DNA of 64,000 bases from Chrysomallon squamiferum (taxonomy: Eukaryota > Animalia > Mollusca), in contig CM022665.1 in the NCBI GenBank assembly GCA_012295275.1, forward strand, positions 3,596,001-3,660,000, read 5' to 3'. The notes below the pieces were generated by a model. The model had not been told where the DNA came from and searched no databases. It was given only the letters and a program-made list of their open reading frames with translations. Position numbers and translations under genes: made by a program. Positions within the stretch are counted from its first letter, which is position 1. Each line of letters starts with the position of its first letter. Of the stretch, positions 52,726 to 64,000 are shown in pieces.

Positions 52726-53650
52726 TTTATTTTTTTGTCTGTATTTTTTTTGTCTGTAATTACCAGAAAATTACAATCAGTCTTAAAATGTAAGCTCATT
52801 CAGTCCTATTGGAAGATTAATAATCTTGAGTAGCCATGACATTGTATTTTAAATAGAAAAGTGGAACAGACAAACAGAATTATGAATAGGCTTTGTCTTT
52901 CCTTTCCTTTTTTTTAAATTTAAATACAGAATTCTGCATCTAATGAAAGAAGCAATACAACAGAAAATCATTTTATTGGCAAATCATTTTTTATAATATT
53001 TTGTTATTACATTTTAACCTTTCTGTTCATCTATAATTGTTCATCTATATTGGGTATTGGCCTATTAAAATGTACAAACTAGGCAGAAAATTAAAAACAA
53101 CAACAAAACAAATTATTTTGTGGAAGATACAATCTGAAATAGTATAATTTTTAAATGAATAATTTGTTAAAGCTTTTTATTTATTTTTTTTATTATTTTT
53201 TTTTTTTTTGCTGTCTCCTTTTTCTTTCTCTCAGTTGTTTTTACTGTACTATAATTCCATGTGAATCATTTATTTAACACTTCAATATTTTTTCTTCTGA
53301 TGAATTAAAACTGAAATCCGGTGATGTATTCATTCAACGAATAATTAACTCATTAATGTAAACAGTTTAAATGTGTCATTTAATTTTATTGCCAATAATT
53401 TTATTATCAGGTCAGATAATTTGGATTTTTTTTTTTTTTTTTTTCTTTAATATTAAATATTCTCATTCTTTTTACAGGAAACTAAAAGTGTAACCGTTTT
53501 GAAATTTTTATTGTTTGATGAAATCTTTTTATTCTGTAAATACTGTTTGAAAATTTGATGTGGAAGAAAAGTAAACTATTGAAATATTGTGTCATGTATG
53601 AGAAATATTGGAGAGAAAAAAATTAAAATAAATAAATAAATAAATAAATA

Positions 53651-53689
<39 letters not shown>

Positions 53690-53976
53690 TATTTTTTTTA
53701 AATAACAGGAGACAGAAAAATATTTGATGTAGTAAATTTATTTTTTGGTCCAGTGTTGTATGACAATGTTGTATTGTTTTGGACAGGCCATTCAGCATTA
53801 CACAGTAGGGGTTAGTCATTTGTGCAGTTTTTCAATCACATTCTGACATAAAAACACAGAAGAGATTTATCCTGTTTTGACATTTAAGAAAAGATGGGGT
53901 TTACCATTTGGATGAAGTAAAATACATTTAAAACCCCTTTTTTTAAATAGTTAAGAGGTCCATTACTAATAACACA

Positions 53977-54032
<56 letters not shown>

Positions 54033-55559
54033 GGTGTGTCTTTGTAATTTATGAATCATTAAGTTTTTGCATAATCAAATTGAAACAAGATGTTCATTTC
54101 AATTATTATTATCTTCCATATTTTTTATTGCATTTATATAAACTGCTGCCTGAATTCTTCAAGACACTTATGTAATTGATTAATTTATTTTTGATTTGCA
54201 AAACATTTGAAGTTTTCTTTTGAAGATGATACAATATGGTGTTATAAAATGGACAGAAGTTAAAATGCAGATTGCTTGATGTTCAGTCTATGATGAATTT
54301 AAAAATCAAAATTTGATCATTTCTCATCATTGTTCGTTAGTGACTACATAACAAATTAAACACTTTCATTTTATCTGCACTGAGTAAATCATTAATTTTT
54401 ATTATTCTAAGATTAACTTATTTTATTTATTTATTTATTTATTAATTATATTTTTCCAATTTTTAAAGTTTTACCCTTAATCATAAGCATTAACTTTTTT
54501 TCCCTTTATTGATGAAATTTTGTTGCAGATTTACAGGAAAAAAAAATGAACAGACTTCTTTACTTAGATTTATTCATAAAAAATGTTTCATTAAACTATT
54601 GAATGACATGTTATTTTTTTTCCATCTGTATAGAGCAGAGGGATGGAGACCAAGTTGTATTCTGTGTATCAGCCATGTATGCCAGTTCAAAGTTACTGTC
54701 CTTGTAAACATGGCTATTTTATATTTTACAAGAATATTTTAAAATTTCATCACTTTTAACTACTGATTTGTGTTTTAATCACTGAGGCACCAAACTGTTT
54801 TGTACATGAATGCTTTAGAACAGAAAAAAAAGAAAAGAAGGAAAACAAGAACCCATTCAGTTTGTCAGAAGGATTTAAGTATTTTTGTGAGTAATTCTGC
54901 AGCACATGACTTGTTTGTCGTAGCATTGCTTGTTAAAGACAGATACAGTGTATTTGTCTTTCCACTGTTTTATTTCAGCAGTGTGTAAATGTATAATGAA
55001 TTATCATTAGTAGAATAACTTAGTTGTATTACTGTATTTTTGAACTTATTGTCCAAATAACATTTCTCCATTTATTTCAAATTAAAGCTATACCATTGTC
55101 TGAATATTTATTATTCTAATATTAAGGCCATTTTTGAAATCTGGATTCATTTTTTGTTTTTTAATTTTAAATTTTAAATAAAAGAACTGTACCATTACAT
55201 AAAATATATAACAGTATAATTATATATATTTAGTAATGTTTAATACAAAGTCTGCGTGTTTTATATGCAGGCTGTATTTCTGCACTGTGTAAATAGAAAG
55301 TCATCTGTACATATACTGATGCTGTATAACTGCAAACTATCACGTACTTATTTGTCTTCTGCATGTATTCCTATTGTAATTTCTTCTTACAGAATCAGTG
55401 TAGCAGGTTCTTGGCAATAAAATGAACTGCTTTTTTTAAATGCGTGTTTTTATTATTTTGTATTATTTATGTAACCTTTTTTTTTTGTTTTTTTCCTTTT
55501 GTACTTGTTTTATAATAAACATGTGCTTAAAAATCATGCAGATAATGATATAGGAAATA

Positions 55560-56190
55560 CAGTGGTAACCCATCTTACAAGTTTTTTGTGTTACGAGCAG
55601 TTTCCTGGTTGATTTTTTGCTCCGAGTTACGAGCAAGCTTCAGATACACCACCACTAACTGGTGCAATGAACAACATAACATCCGGCCAGCATCCTGTGT
55701 CTCGCTCAATTACTTCACGTGGTTACCTTGCCGTGGAAGCATCTCTGTTGTGTTGTGCTCGTATTTTGCCAAATTTCTTTTTTTTCTGGCCATGGATCTT
55801 AAAAAAGTGATTGCAAAGGACAGGGCTGAGAAGAAGAAGCAAATGATGTCGCTTGAATTCATAGAAAAACATGAGCGAGGTGTGCATGTAGTGAACTTGC
55901 TAAGTAATACAAGCGTTGTACTTCTATGTTATGTACAATACTGAAACTCCAGCCAAAGGCACCAAAATAATTTGTCTGATCTCCAAAATAAATACAAAAC
56001 CAATTTATTTCTTTACATTTTCTTTTATTATGTTTTTATACAGTATTTGTCTTTTATAAATATATTTTTCTTCTTTAAAAACACAATAAAAAAACAAAAA
56101 AGTATTTCAATTAATTTCAGTTGGGAAAATTGATTTGAGATATGAGCTCGGTCACAGAACGAATTAAACTCATAAGTCAAGGTACCACTG
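55560..56190 (+). mobile_element. Internally deleted Tigger/pogo (Tc1-mariner superfamily) DNA transposon, 631 bp
   Basis: Flanked by TA on both sides (55558-55559, 56191-56192). Imperfect TIRs CAGTGGTAACCCATCTTACAAG versus CAGTGGTACCTTGACTTATGAG. Internal decayed peptide MDLKKVIAKDRAEKKKQMMSLEFIEKHERGVHVV from 55792 resembles the CENP-B-type N-terminal HTH of Tigger transposases. Confidence 0.85.
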
Positions 56191-56640
56191 TATATCGACA
56201 CCAAAAATACATAGGCAAACACAGTGGGAAATATCCCAGAGAAAACTAGGGGAAATGATCCTGCAACAAGGTTTTTTGTTAAAGGAGTAAAATCTGAATA
56301 ATGTTTTATATTCGTAACAGTAGAGCTTTGGATTGTTCATTGGTCACAGATAAAAAGAATTTTCCCTATTGACACTATTACTGAGCTGACTTTAAATCAA
56401 GTTAAACTAAATTAATTAATGGGAAGATCTAAGATTTTGAATTGTGCAAAGGTTTGGTACTGGATACGAAATTTATCAATGTAAAATATGTTAATTTTTG
56501 GAGAAAACAACAAATATTGGATCTATGTAGAAAACGTGTTCTTAGCTGAATTGCCTACATATAAAATGTCATCACAGGTGCTGCAATTTTTTTCAAAATA
56601 AAAATGACTTCCTGGCTAAAATTCATATTAGCAGACCAAG

Positions 56641-56678
<38 letters not shown>

Positions 56679-56962
56679 GATTAATTCCCCAAACAACCTA
56701 CTGAGTAATTGTTTCCTTTATATTTTATGTACATCATAAAGATTTTCTAGATATTGTTGTGCAGTTATTTTCATATTTTAAGTATACATAGATTTCTTAG
56801 AACAGTTTTTAAACATTTTTATAGATTCTGCAGAATAACAATTTTTCTCGGTCCTCCAGATAAGATTTCCTAAATTTTGCTGAGAAGACTGTTTTCTTAC
56901 TTGAATCTGCTGAAGAACATAGTTGTTTTTGTTTTTTTGTATTTTCAGTGCACCAAGTTGCG

Positions 56963-59327
56963 TCACTTGACTCTTGAATCGTCCAGTGGGTTGTCCACTA
57001 CTGACTCGTGTATCATTATGAAGAGAGGAATGTAAGTGAGAAAGTCTAGCAGGTCGAGAGCAGAGAGGTGACTAAGTTTTTCTCTAATCTCGCACTCGTG
57101 TTGGAAGCTCACTCCTCCAGCTCGTAAATCTATCAGTAGCTGGGGTAGAGGGATTCTGTTTGTGTCGGGATCCACATTACATTCCCACAGTGTCTGAAAT
57201 ACAATTGCAAAGTGATGTTACAACATTTAAAAAATTACAATAGGATTTACAGCCATTTAGAAAATATTAAATTAAATTAATATTTTCAGCTATTTATCTC
57301 CCAAGGGTAAGATCTCATCATAAATTTTATTTATGTATATATACATTTTTTTTTTTTTGTTCATGAAAATACAGTGCCTCAAAGAAATGAATAAGGGTAG
57401 ATAGTCCATGCAGTAATCTAAAAAAAATGTTTTGTTTTACATTTTTTTATGTAACAGTCTTTCATACCTTACTATATAATGTACTATCAGTACATATTTC
57501 CTAAATTTAATAACTATTTATCACTTTTGATATTTGCCAAGAACCATTATTAATTTATTTCTGTTTAGAAAAGTGACTTGTAAGAATTGATATAAATTGA
57601 AGCAAAATAGAGTTACCAGATTAGAAACTGATCTAATTTTATTCTTATAACAAAATCTTAAAGAGACACAGTGATGTAACTAAGGTTACACAAATATGAG
57701 CTGATTTTACAGTAAAGTTATCGGAAAGATGGTGCCAGATGCAATTTCAGTTCTATTTTCTGTAGTTACACCCCTGCTCAGCAGTCAAAACAAATATTTC
57801 CAAGACAGAATCATTTTCTACCTTGCACATGAAAGTCTTCATCTCTAATATTTTAAAGTCAACTTGTCCTATGATATTCTTCATCCAATTGCTGCAATTA
57901 AAAAACCCTCAACTTTATGCCAATTTTACACAAGTAAATAAAGCAACTACTGCTGAATAATTAAGAACAACATCAAAAAAATAAAAATAAATAAATAATC
58001 ATAATTAAATAAAAGTAATAATACAACCTTTTCTACAATTACTGATAATTACATTGAAGTAATACATATCCCTATGCAAAATTATGATTACATTTCACAA
58101 ACCTATGTTCATTTTAGAACATGAAATTATCTTGAGACTAGAGAGAATCATGTCAGATTTTATTTATTAATTTCACAGAAGTTTAACTCCAGAAACTGAG
58201 TGTTATGTAATGGAAAAATTAATACAAAACCACTACAGTTTCAAAGCATTAAATCAAACAGGATAATTTACATCAAAGTATAAATTATCCAAGGTTGATA
58301 TGGATATTTACTACCACTGTGAATACAGCTATATCCACATATACACAAACACAATATTTACTGATACAACAACCACTTACTATTTTCATTCATATTTCTT
58401 ACCCAGCATTAAACTATACAGCAGGTCATTTGCATAATAAGCAGTTACCTGCTGAGTATAAAGTAAAAAATTACAAAACAAAAACAGCCAGTTAGAAATA
58501 AGAGCTACTCACTCAAGGGACGTAATTCTCTGGGACAGTGCTGCTAAAACAGAAAACAGTTTAAAGTCTGCCCCATCTGTTATCTTGTAACCCACCAGCT
58601 CCAGTATCTGGAATTCATATACCATTGTTATTAAAAAAAAAGAAGAATTTTGATGCTTAAAAAAATTATTATTATTAATGTCATTAACTACTTGTTGAGG
58701 TTTTGTTAAACATTATTTTATTTCATCCTTCTTTCATTTGTTCATGTTAATAACATGAAAGAATATAAATCAGAAAATAATATTATAACATTTATAAAAA
58801 AAAAAATAAAGAAGTAAAAATTACCCTATAGATATATTCTTCTTCGGTACTGGTCAGTTTGTTGTTGACCACTCGCAATGCCAGCATGGTTTCTGGCCCA
58901 GTCAAGTGACCACGATGTTCTTCATCCACCTGTTAGTCATAATAAATCTTAAAGTTTAACTATGCCTGTACATTTTGTGTAATTATATTTAACTGTGACT
59001 AGTCTTTGCTAATAATAAAGTATTCTAATGTTTGTTTTTAATACAATGTAATTAAACACATAAAAAATAAAACGCCACTCAGAATGTAAGTGGAATACTT
59101 ACAACATTAAATGCATGGCGGTACATTTCAAGACTGCTTCGATTTAAAATGCAGTATTTTGCTAGAAAACCATCTGAAAAACAATGATAAACTGAGCAAT
59201 GAAATATATTACAGATAAAAAAATGATTTTTTATCATACAGTAAATCATTTAAATACTATTAATTATCACTTGTAATAAATTTATATATATCAGTATAAT
59301 CAACAAAAAAAAAAAAAAAAAAAAAAA

Positions 59328-59363
<36 letters not shown>

Positions 59364-62300
59364 GAAAATAAAGAAATAAAGAAAAATGAAAAATCTCCAC
59401 CTATCAAAATCTCAGTTACTGTCAGTTTATTAATTTACTAACATAACACTGATCACTGAAGACAAACTGTAAATTGTAAATTTTCGAGTAACTTTAACAT
59501 ATTTTAAACAGTCAAAAACAACAGCATGAGAGTGAAATAGATAATTAAGGTATTCGGTTTAACATAAATAATAACCTAGTAATATTTTAATCTATAATCA
59601 ACAAAATTAGATTATATACCATTAGTAACTGATAGACAAATCAGAATCTTTGAAAAGAGAATTAAATGTTTTGCATGTCACAGATTTTGTTAGTTCACTT
59701 AGTTTGGAAATAAAATTAGGTCCTGTGATACTGTTATTAATGATACGAACGATCAAATGATAAAATGACATATAATTGTCATTCCTAATAATAGTTTTTG
59801 CCTTAATAATAATTTCTTCTTTTTTTTTTTTCAGGAAAGTAAAAAAGTCATGAAAGTTTCATAAATCAGTTCCTAAACATTTGCAATTCATTTACAGTAA
59901 TCAAAATCCTCACTGTTGCTAATTATTATTAATGACAATAAAATTAATATCTCCATAATGGATAGATAGAAAAAAAAAATTGAAGATAAAATCGTACTTG
60001 ATAATTTACTAACTTTAGTTTTTCACATTACAGTATTTAAATTAATGATCACTACTGCTACAAATACTGGTAAGAATAGAACAGCAAAAAAACATAAAAA
60101 CAAACAACTATATAAATCAAACTTCTGCATATTGTTAATTCACTTCGGACTCACAGTCATCAAAATTAGGTCCTAAGTCATCATCATCGTCCTCACTGAC
60201 CCCTTTGTTTTGTTTTCTGTTGAGCAGTTTGTCAAGCATCTGTTGCTGTCGCAGTCTTCGTGCTTCTGCCAGTTCTTGCTTTCTCAGTTCATCCCAGTAC
60301 GATGTGTCTCGCTTCTTTGGGCCCCAGTGTTTCTTGCCTTCCACTGGTTTGTGACTCAAAGCTGTTAGTCGACGTTTTGCCCGAATAAGTTTCTCTGCTG
60401 GGGTTACTTTAGGAAGATCTGCTACTGAGGGGAGCTGGGGTTGAGGTATTGATACTGAACAGGACTTATCTGTCACATAAAAGTAAAAACATTTTCAAAA
60501 ATACAAAGATCTTCAAAGGTAAAGGCTGACGGTTGTATTGAATTTTTTAAAGATGTTTTGAAAGATGATTCACAACAAGATTTTTTTTTTGATTTTGTAC
60601 ATAATTATCAGTTTATATTATGTAGTGTTTGTGTGATTATGGAATTCATTTGTTTCTTTTGTAAACCAGAGTAGCTAAACTAACGAATCTAAAGAAAACA
60701 ATACAAAATATTTGTCAACAAATTTTGTTCAAACACATCAGAGCATATCACATACTTGATATTTCTAATAACAATTTCTTCAGAGGAAATCTACTACATT
60801 TTTTTTAAATTAGCAGCAACAAATCTTTTATTCAGATCTTTCCGAGGATGGGAAAACAACTATATCATTGCTTTAAAATTATTTATACCTAAATGGCTGA
60901 TTGATAAAAGAGATAATCCTGTGACCCATCATGCTTTAAGTACATGATTTTAATAAATCAAATTAAAAAGTATTACCATTTATTTAATAATTAAACCCAA
61001 AAATTATTTGTACCTTGATCTCCTGTAGTGTCTGTTGTATCATCATCAGCATCAAATATCCAATCAGAAACTGGCTTACATACAAGCTCTGGTGCTACTT
61101 GTTCCAAGTTGGATGATTGGTCTTGAATGGGTCTTCGTGTTGTTGTAACCCGTTCTCTTTTCTTGATGGGTGCCCTATCAACCTTTTTAACTGTTATGTC
61201 TTCAGAAATCTACCCAAAGCAAAATATTTCAAATTTTATTCTTTTCTTTTTATGAATTTTTAGTTTTGTAACCATTTAAAAAACAAGAATAAGATGTGCA
61301 AATATACATAAAAAAGGTATCTGATTTATAATTAATGATTTCCCTCATTGGATTTGTACAATTACTGTAAAATTATTCAAGCATCAAAATAGTATTAATT
61401 TCCAAAAAAAAACTAAATCTCTGTTCTATTTCTGATAATAGCTTGACATATTATTAGATCAGTGTTGATGGTTCTTTCATTAATTCAACAATAGATGTAT
61501 GGCTACAATATATAATGTTGTATCTGTTGTTGATTTATGTACTAAAGGTTAGATTTATGATGACAGCTTATCATAATAATGATATATCTGTACTGATGAT
61601 TCTTGTTCTAAATCATTGATAAATATATGATTAAAACATCATAATAATGTTATATATCTGTATCGATGGTACTTCTACTAACTCAGTAATAAATATATGA
61701 CCTACAACTTATCATAATAATGCTATATCTGTATTGTTGGTTCTTGTACTAAATCAGTGATAGATTTAGGATTCCTGTTTGTCATATTGTAATATCTAAG
61801 TTGCTCCTGCATTTTTTCATTGAAAGATTTATGATTCCAGCTTGTCATAATCTCTACTGTTGGCTCTTGTAGTAGATCAATGATATATTTATGATTACAG
61901 GTCGTCATAATGTTATATATCTGCTGGTGGGGTTTTGTACTAGATTCACAACTGTATTGTTACTAATGCTTTACCTGTGTTGTTGGTTCTGGTGCAGTTG
62001 GAATAGCTGTTTCATTTTCTGTTGCTGTGTTTTTTTCTGGTTCAGCAAGGGGTGTAACTGGTAATGGCTGAAGAAATGCTTTGAAATCTGTAAGAAAAAT
62101 ACAGTTACTAATATCAAAAACAAAAACAGGGACAACAATGAAATATTCACACCTGTTCTGAATTTACCACAGTTTCTGAGATTTTTAAAAATCCATATCT
62201 TAAAAAGAATGCAAGTCATACTGAAAAGAATTAACAAAAGCAAGATGAATGTTCAGATATACAAAGAGATGGACAGATGGAAAGACTGATAGATATAGAA

Positions 62301-62834
62301 ATGGATCAACAGACAAAAATAAATATAAAATATTTTCAGTCCATTTTATCATTTACTAAAAATTGAAACAAATTTTTTTCAAAGTTATTATTACAAACAA
62401 AAAAGTAAATAAATAAATAAATGAAGAAAAAAATTAAAGCAAAACAAGTTCATTACATTATGATATATAAATCTGAGGATGAATATATTAATCTGTTTTA
62501 ACAGTAATAAATGGAAACATATTTTGGTTAAAATCTTTATAATTTTATCTGAATTAGAACTGAAAAAAACAGGATTAGATTTACATCAAGTATTTTAAAA
62601 CCTTTTGGTATTGAAAATAAGCAAAGCACAACAATTTAAAATTGAAGAAATATTGAGATATAAAGTGCTACAATGCCATGGTAACATTAGTAAGGTTATT
62701 ATTTTGCTTGTTTGAAACATTAGAAGATATTTTAAATATACAAGTCAAAGTAAAATAAAATCTTTAGTCAGTATTATTACAATATTAAAATGTTAGTAAT
62801 TTACATTATGACTGATTTTAGCTATTCTGTATGT

Positions 62835-62890
<56 letters not shown>

Positions 62891-63204
62891 CTGTGTCTGT
62901 TAAGAAATAAAATGAGAATAACAGAAAAAAGATAATTGTTAATGTATTAAGACAACACTTTCAGTCATATTACAGTTTACCTGTCATCTTTTTTTTCTTC
63001 TTTTTTTCTAGACTACTAACAATTTTATGTTGGTTTTATTAGTGAAGAATAAAGAAACCAAAACTCGAAAGATGAAAAAAGCATGTTAAAAATATTGTTA
63101 GGTTACAGAATGAAATTAATTTCAGCATTCAGAATTAACTCAAAGGCTTGTACCTGACTGCTGTTCATGGACACTCTCTGGTGCAGTAGACACATTTTTC
63201 TTTC
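56963..63204 (-). CDS. Uncharacterised protein with a degenerate EF-hand-like C-terminal domain, 5'-partial; exons (63204-63154, tentative), 62087-61975, 61209-61014, 60469-60155, 59173-59103, 58929-58825, 58607-58513, 57891-57822, 57193-56963
   Basis: GT-AG exons chain in phase to give ...DDYGFLAKYCILNRSSLEMYRHAFNVVDEEHRGHLTGPETMLALRVVNNKLTSTEEEYIYRILELVGYKITDGADFKLFSVLAALSQRITSLDNWMKNIIGQVDFKILEMKTFMCKTLWECNVDPDTNRIPLPQLLIDLRAGGVSFQHECEIREKLSHLSALDLLDFLTYIPLFIMIHESVVDNPLDDSRVK*. The motifs AFxxVDxxxxGxL and ADFxxF are EF-hand-like. Confidence 0.8.
61440..61950 (-). repeat. Degenerate minisatellite, about 8 units of 57-71 bp, in an intron of the EF-hand-like gene
   Basis: Units begin with ATCTG-like sequence (+ strand) at about 61458, 61522, 61586, 61656, 61727, 61794, 61850 and 61919. 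Minus-strand consensus: ATCATAAATCTATCACTGATTTAGTACAAGAACCAACAATACAGATATA. Confidence 0.8.
62838..62888. repeat. (TG)n microsatellite
   Basis: Directly visible. Confidence 0.95.
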
Positions 63205-64000
63205 CTTTGTTAACAATTACATGGATTAATTAAATATGATAACAAATAATAATATTATAAATGGACTACCAATGTTTTATATTCTTGAAAGTATAACATG
63301 GTTGATTTTCAAAGCTATTTGGAATATCAGCCTCTTTTATCAGTTAACTGATTAAAATAAATGAAACATTTGAGAACAATTTTCATCACAGGTATTTATT
63401 TCTTGCATGATGTGATTCTGCCAATGCTAGCTCTCAGCACCTGCTGAATATACTTTATGTATGATAATGTACCTCAAAAGATGTTACAGCAATCTGATTA
63501 TTATGTCAAAATAATTGAGACCACACAGTTAAATCCATCTCAAGTGTTTCGTTTTTTAAAAACAACAGCTAATTATAATGTTCATAATTAACAAAATAAT
63601 CCATAATTGATGTTTTTTGATAAAATAAATTTACATTTATTAAAATTTAGAAGTCTGCAGATGTGACAAACCAGAAAACTGGCCCTACTCAGTTAGGGGA
63701 TAATAAGTTGAGTTGAAATGTATGAAACTGGCTCAGAAAGCATTTTCGTCAAAATCACACATCTAAAATCTGGCCAAGAAAGTCAAATACCTTTGTGATG
63801 TCTCTCTGACCAAAAACAATTTTCAAAACTTTTTAGAACTTTTTAAGTATTGTTATATCTAAAAAGTGAAATTAGATTATCTGAAACTAACCTGATTTCT
63901 GATCAGATGAGATTTTGGAAGGTTTTTTGGAAACAGTGGAAGTTTTTACAGCAGACTTTGGACTAGGTGCTGGATGTTTCTCAGCTTTTGGTTTTGAAAA

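Noticed and set aside
55588-55944. 118-aa ORF as a host gene
   Set aside because: It lies wholly within the Tigger remnant, and only part of it corresponds to decayed transposase.

Overview
This is very AT-rich, intron-containing eukaryotic DNA, most consistent with an invertebrate animal (mollusc-like is a guess). Most ORFs in the supplied track are artefacts of low-complexity introns. Hand-spliced GT-AG models with consistent intron phases give five protein-coding genes: (1) the 3' part of MTF-1 (+, zinc fingers 2-6 and C-terminus, 326-4626); (2) a divergent Na+/K+-ATPase beta-subunit-like gene (+, 5 exons, 317 aa, 11799-17112); (3) CDC40/PRP17 (-, 14 exons, 571 aa, 34654-25853); (4) WASF/WAVE/SCAR (+, 5 coding exons, 573 aa, 44732-49859), head-to-head with CDC40 as human CDC40/WASF1 are; (5) the 3' part of an uncharacterised EF-hand-like gene (-, about 63204-56963). 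Also present are Tigger/pogo remnants, a decayed FLYWCH/MULE-like element, RTE LINE 3' fragments, minisatellites and microsatellites. I saw no CRISPR array, rRNA or intact tRNA, and no clearly novel multi-gene system. The best leads are the degenerate beta subunit with a possible TM-less isoform, the CDC40-WAVE gene pair, loss of WAVE regulatory phosphosites, and intronic repeats apparently derived from exon or splice-site sequence.
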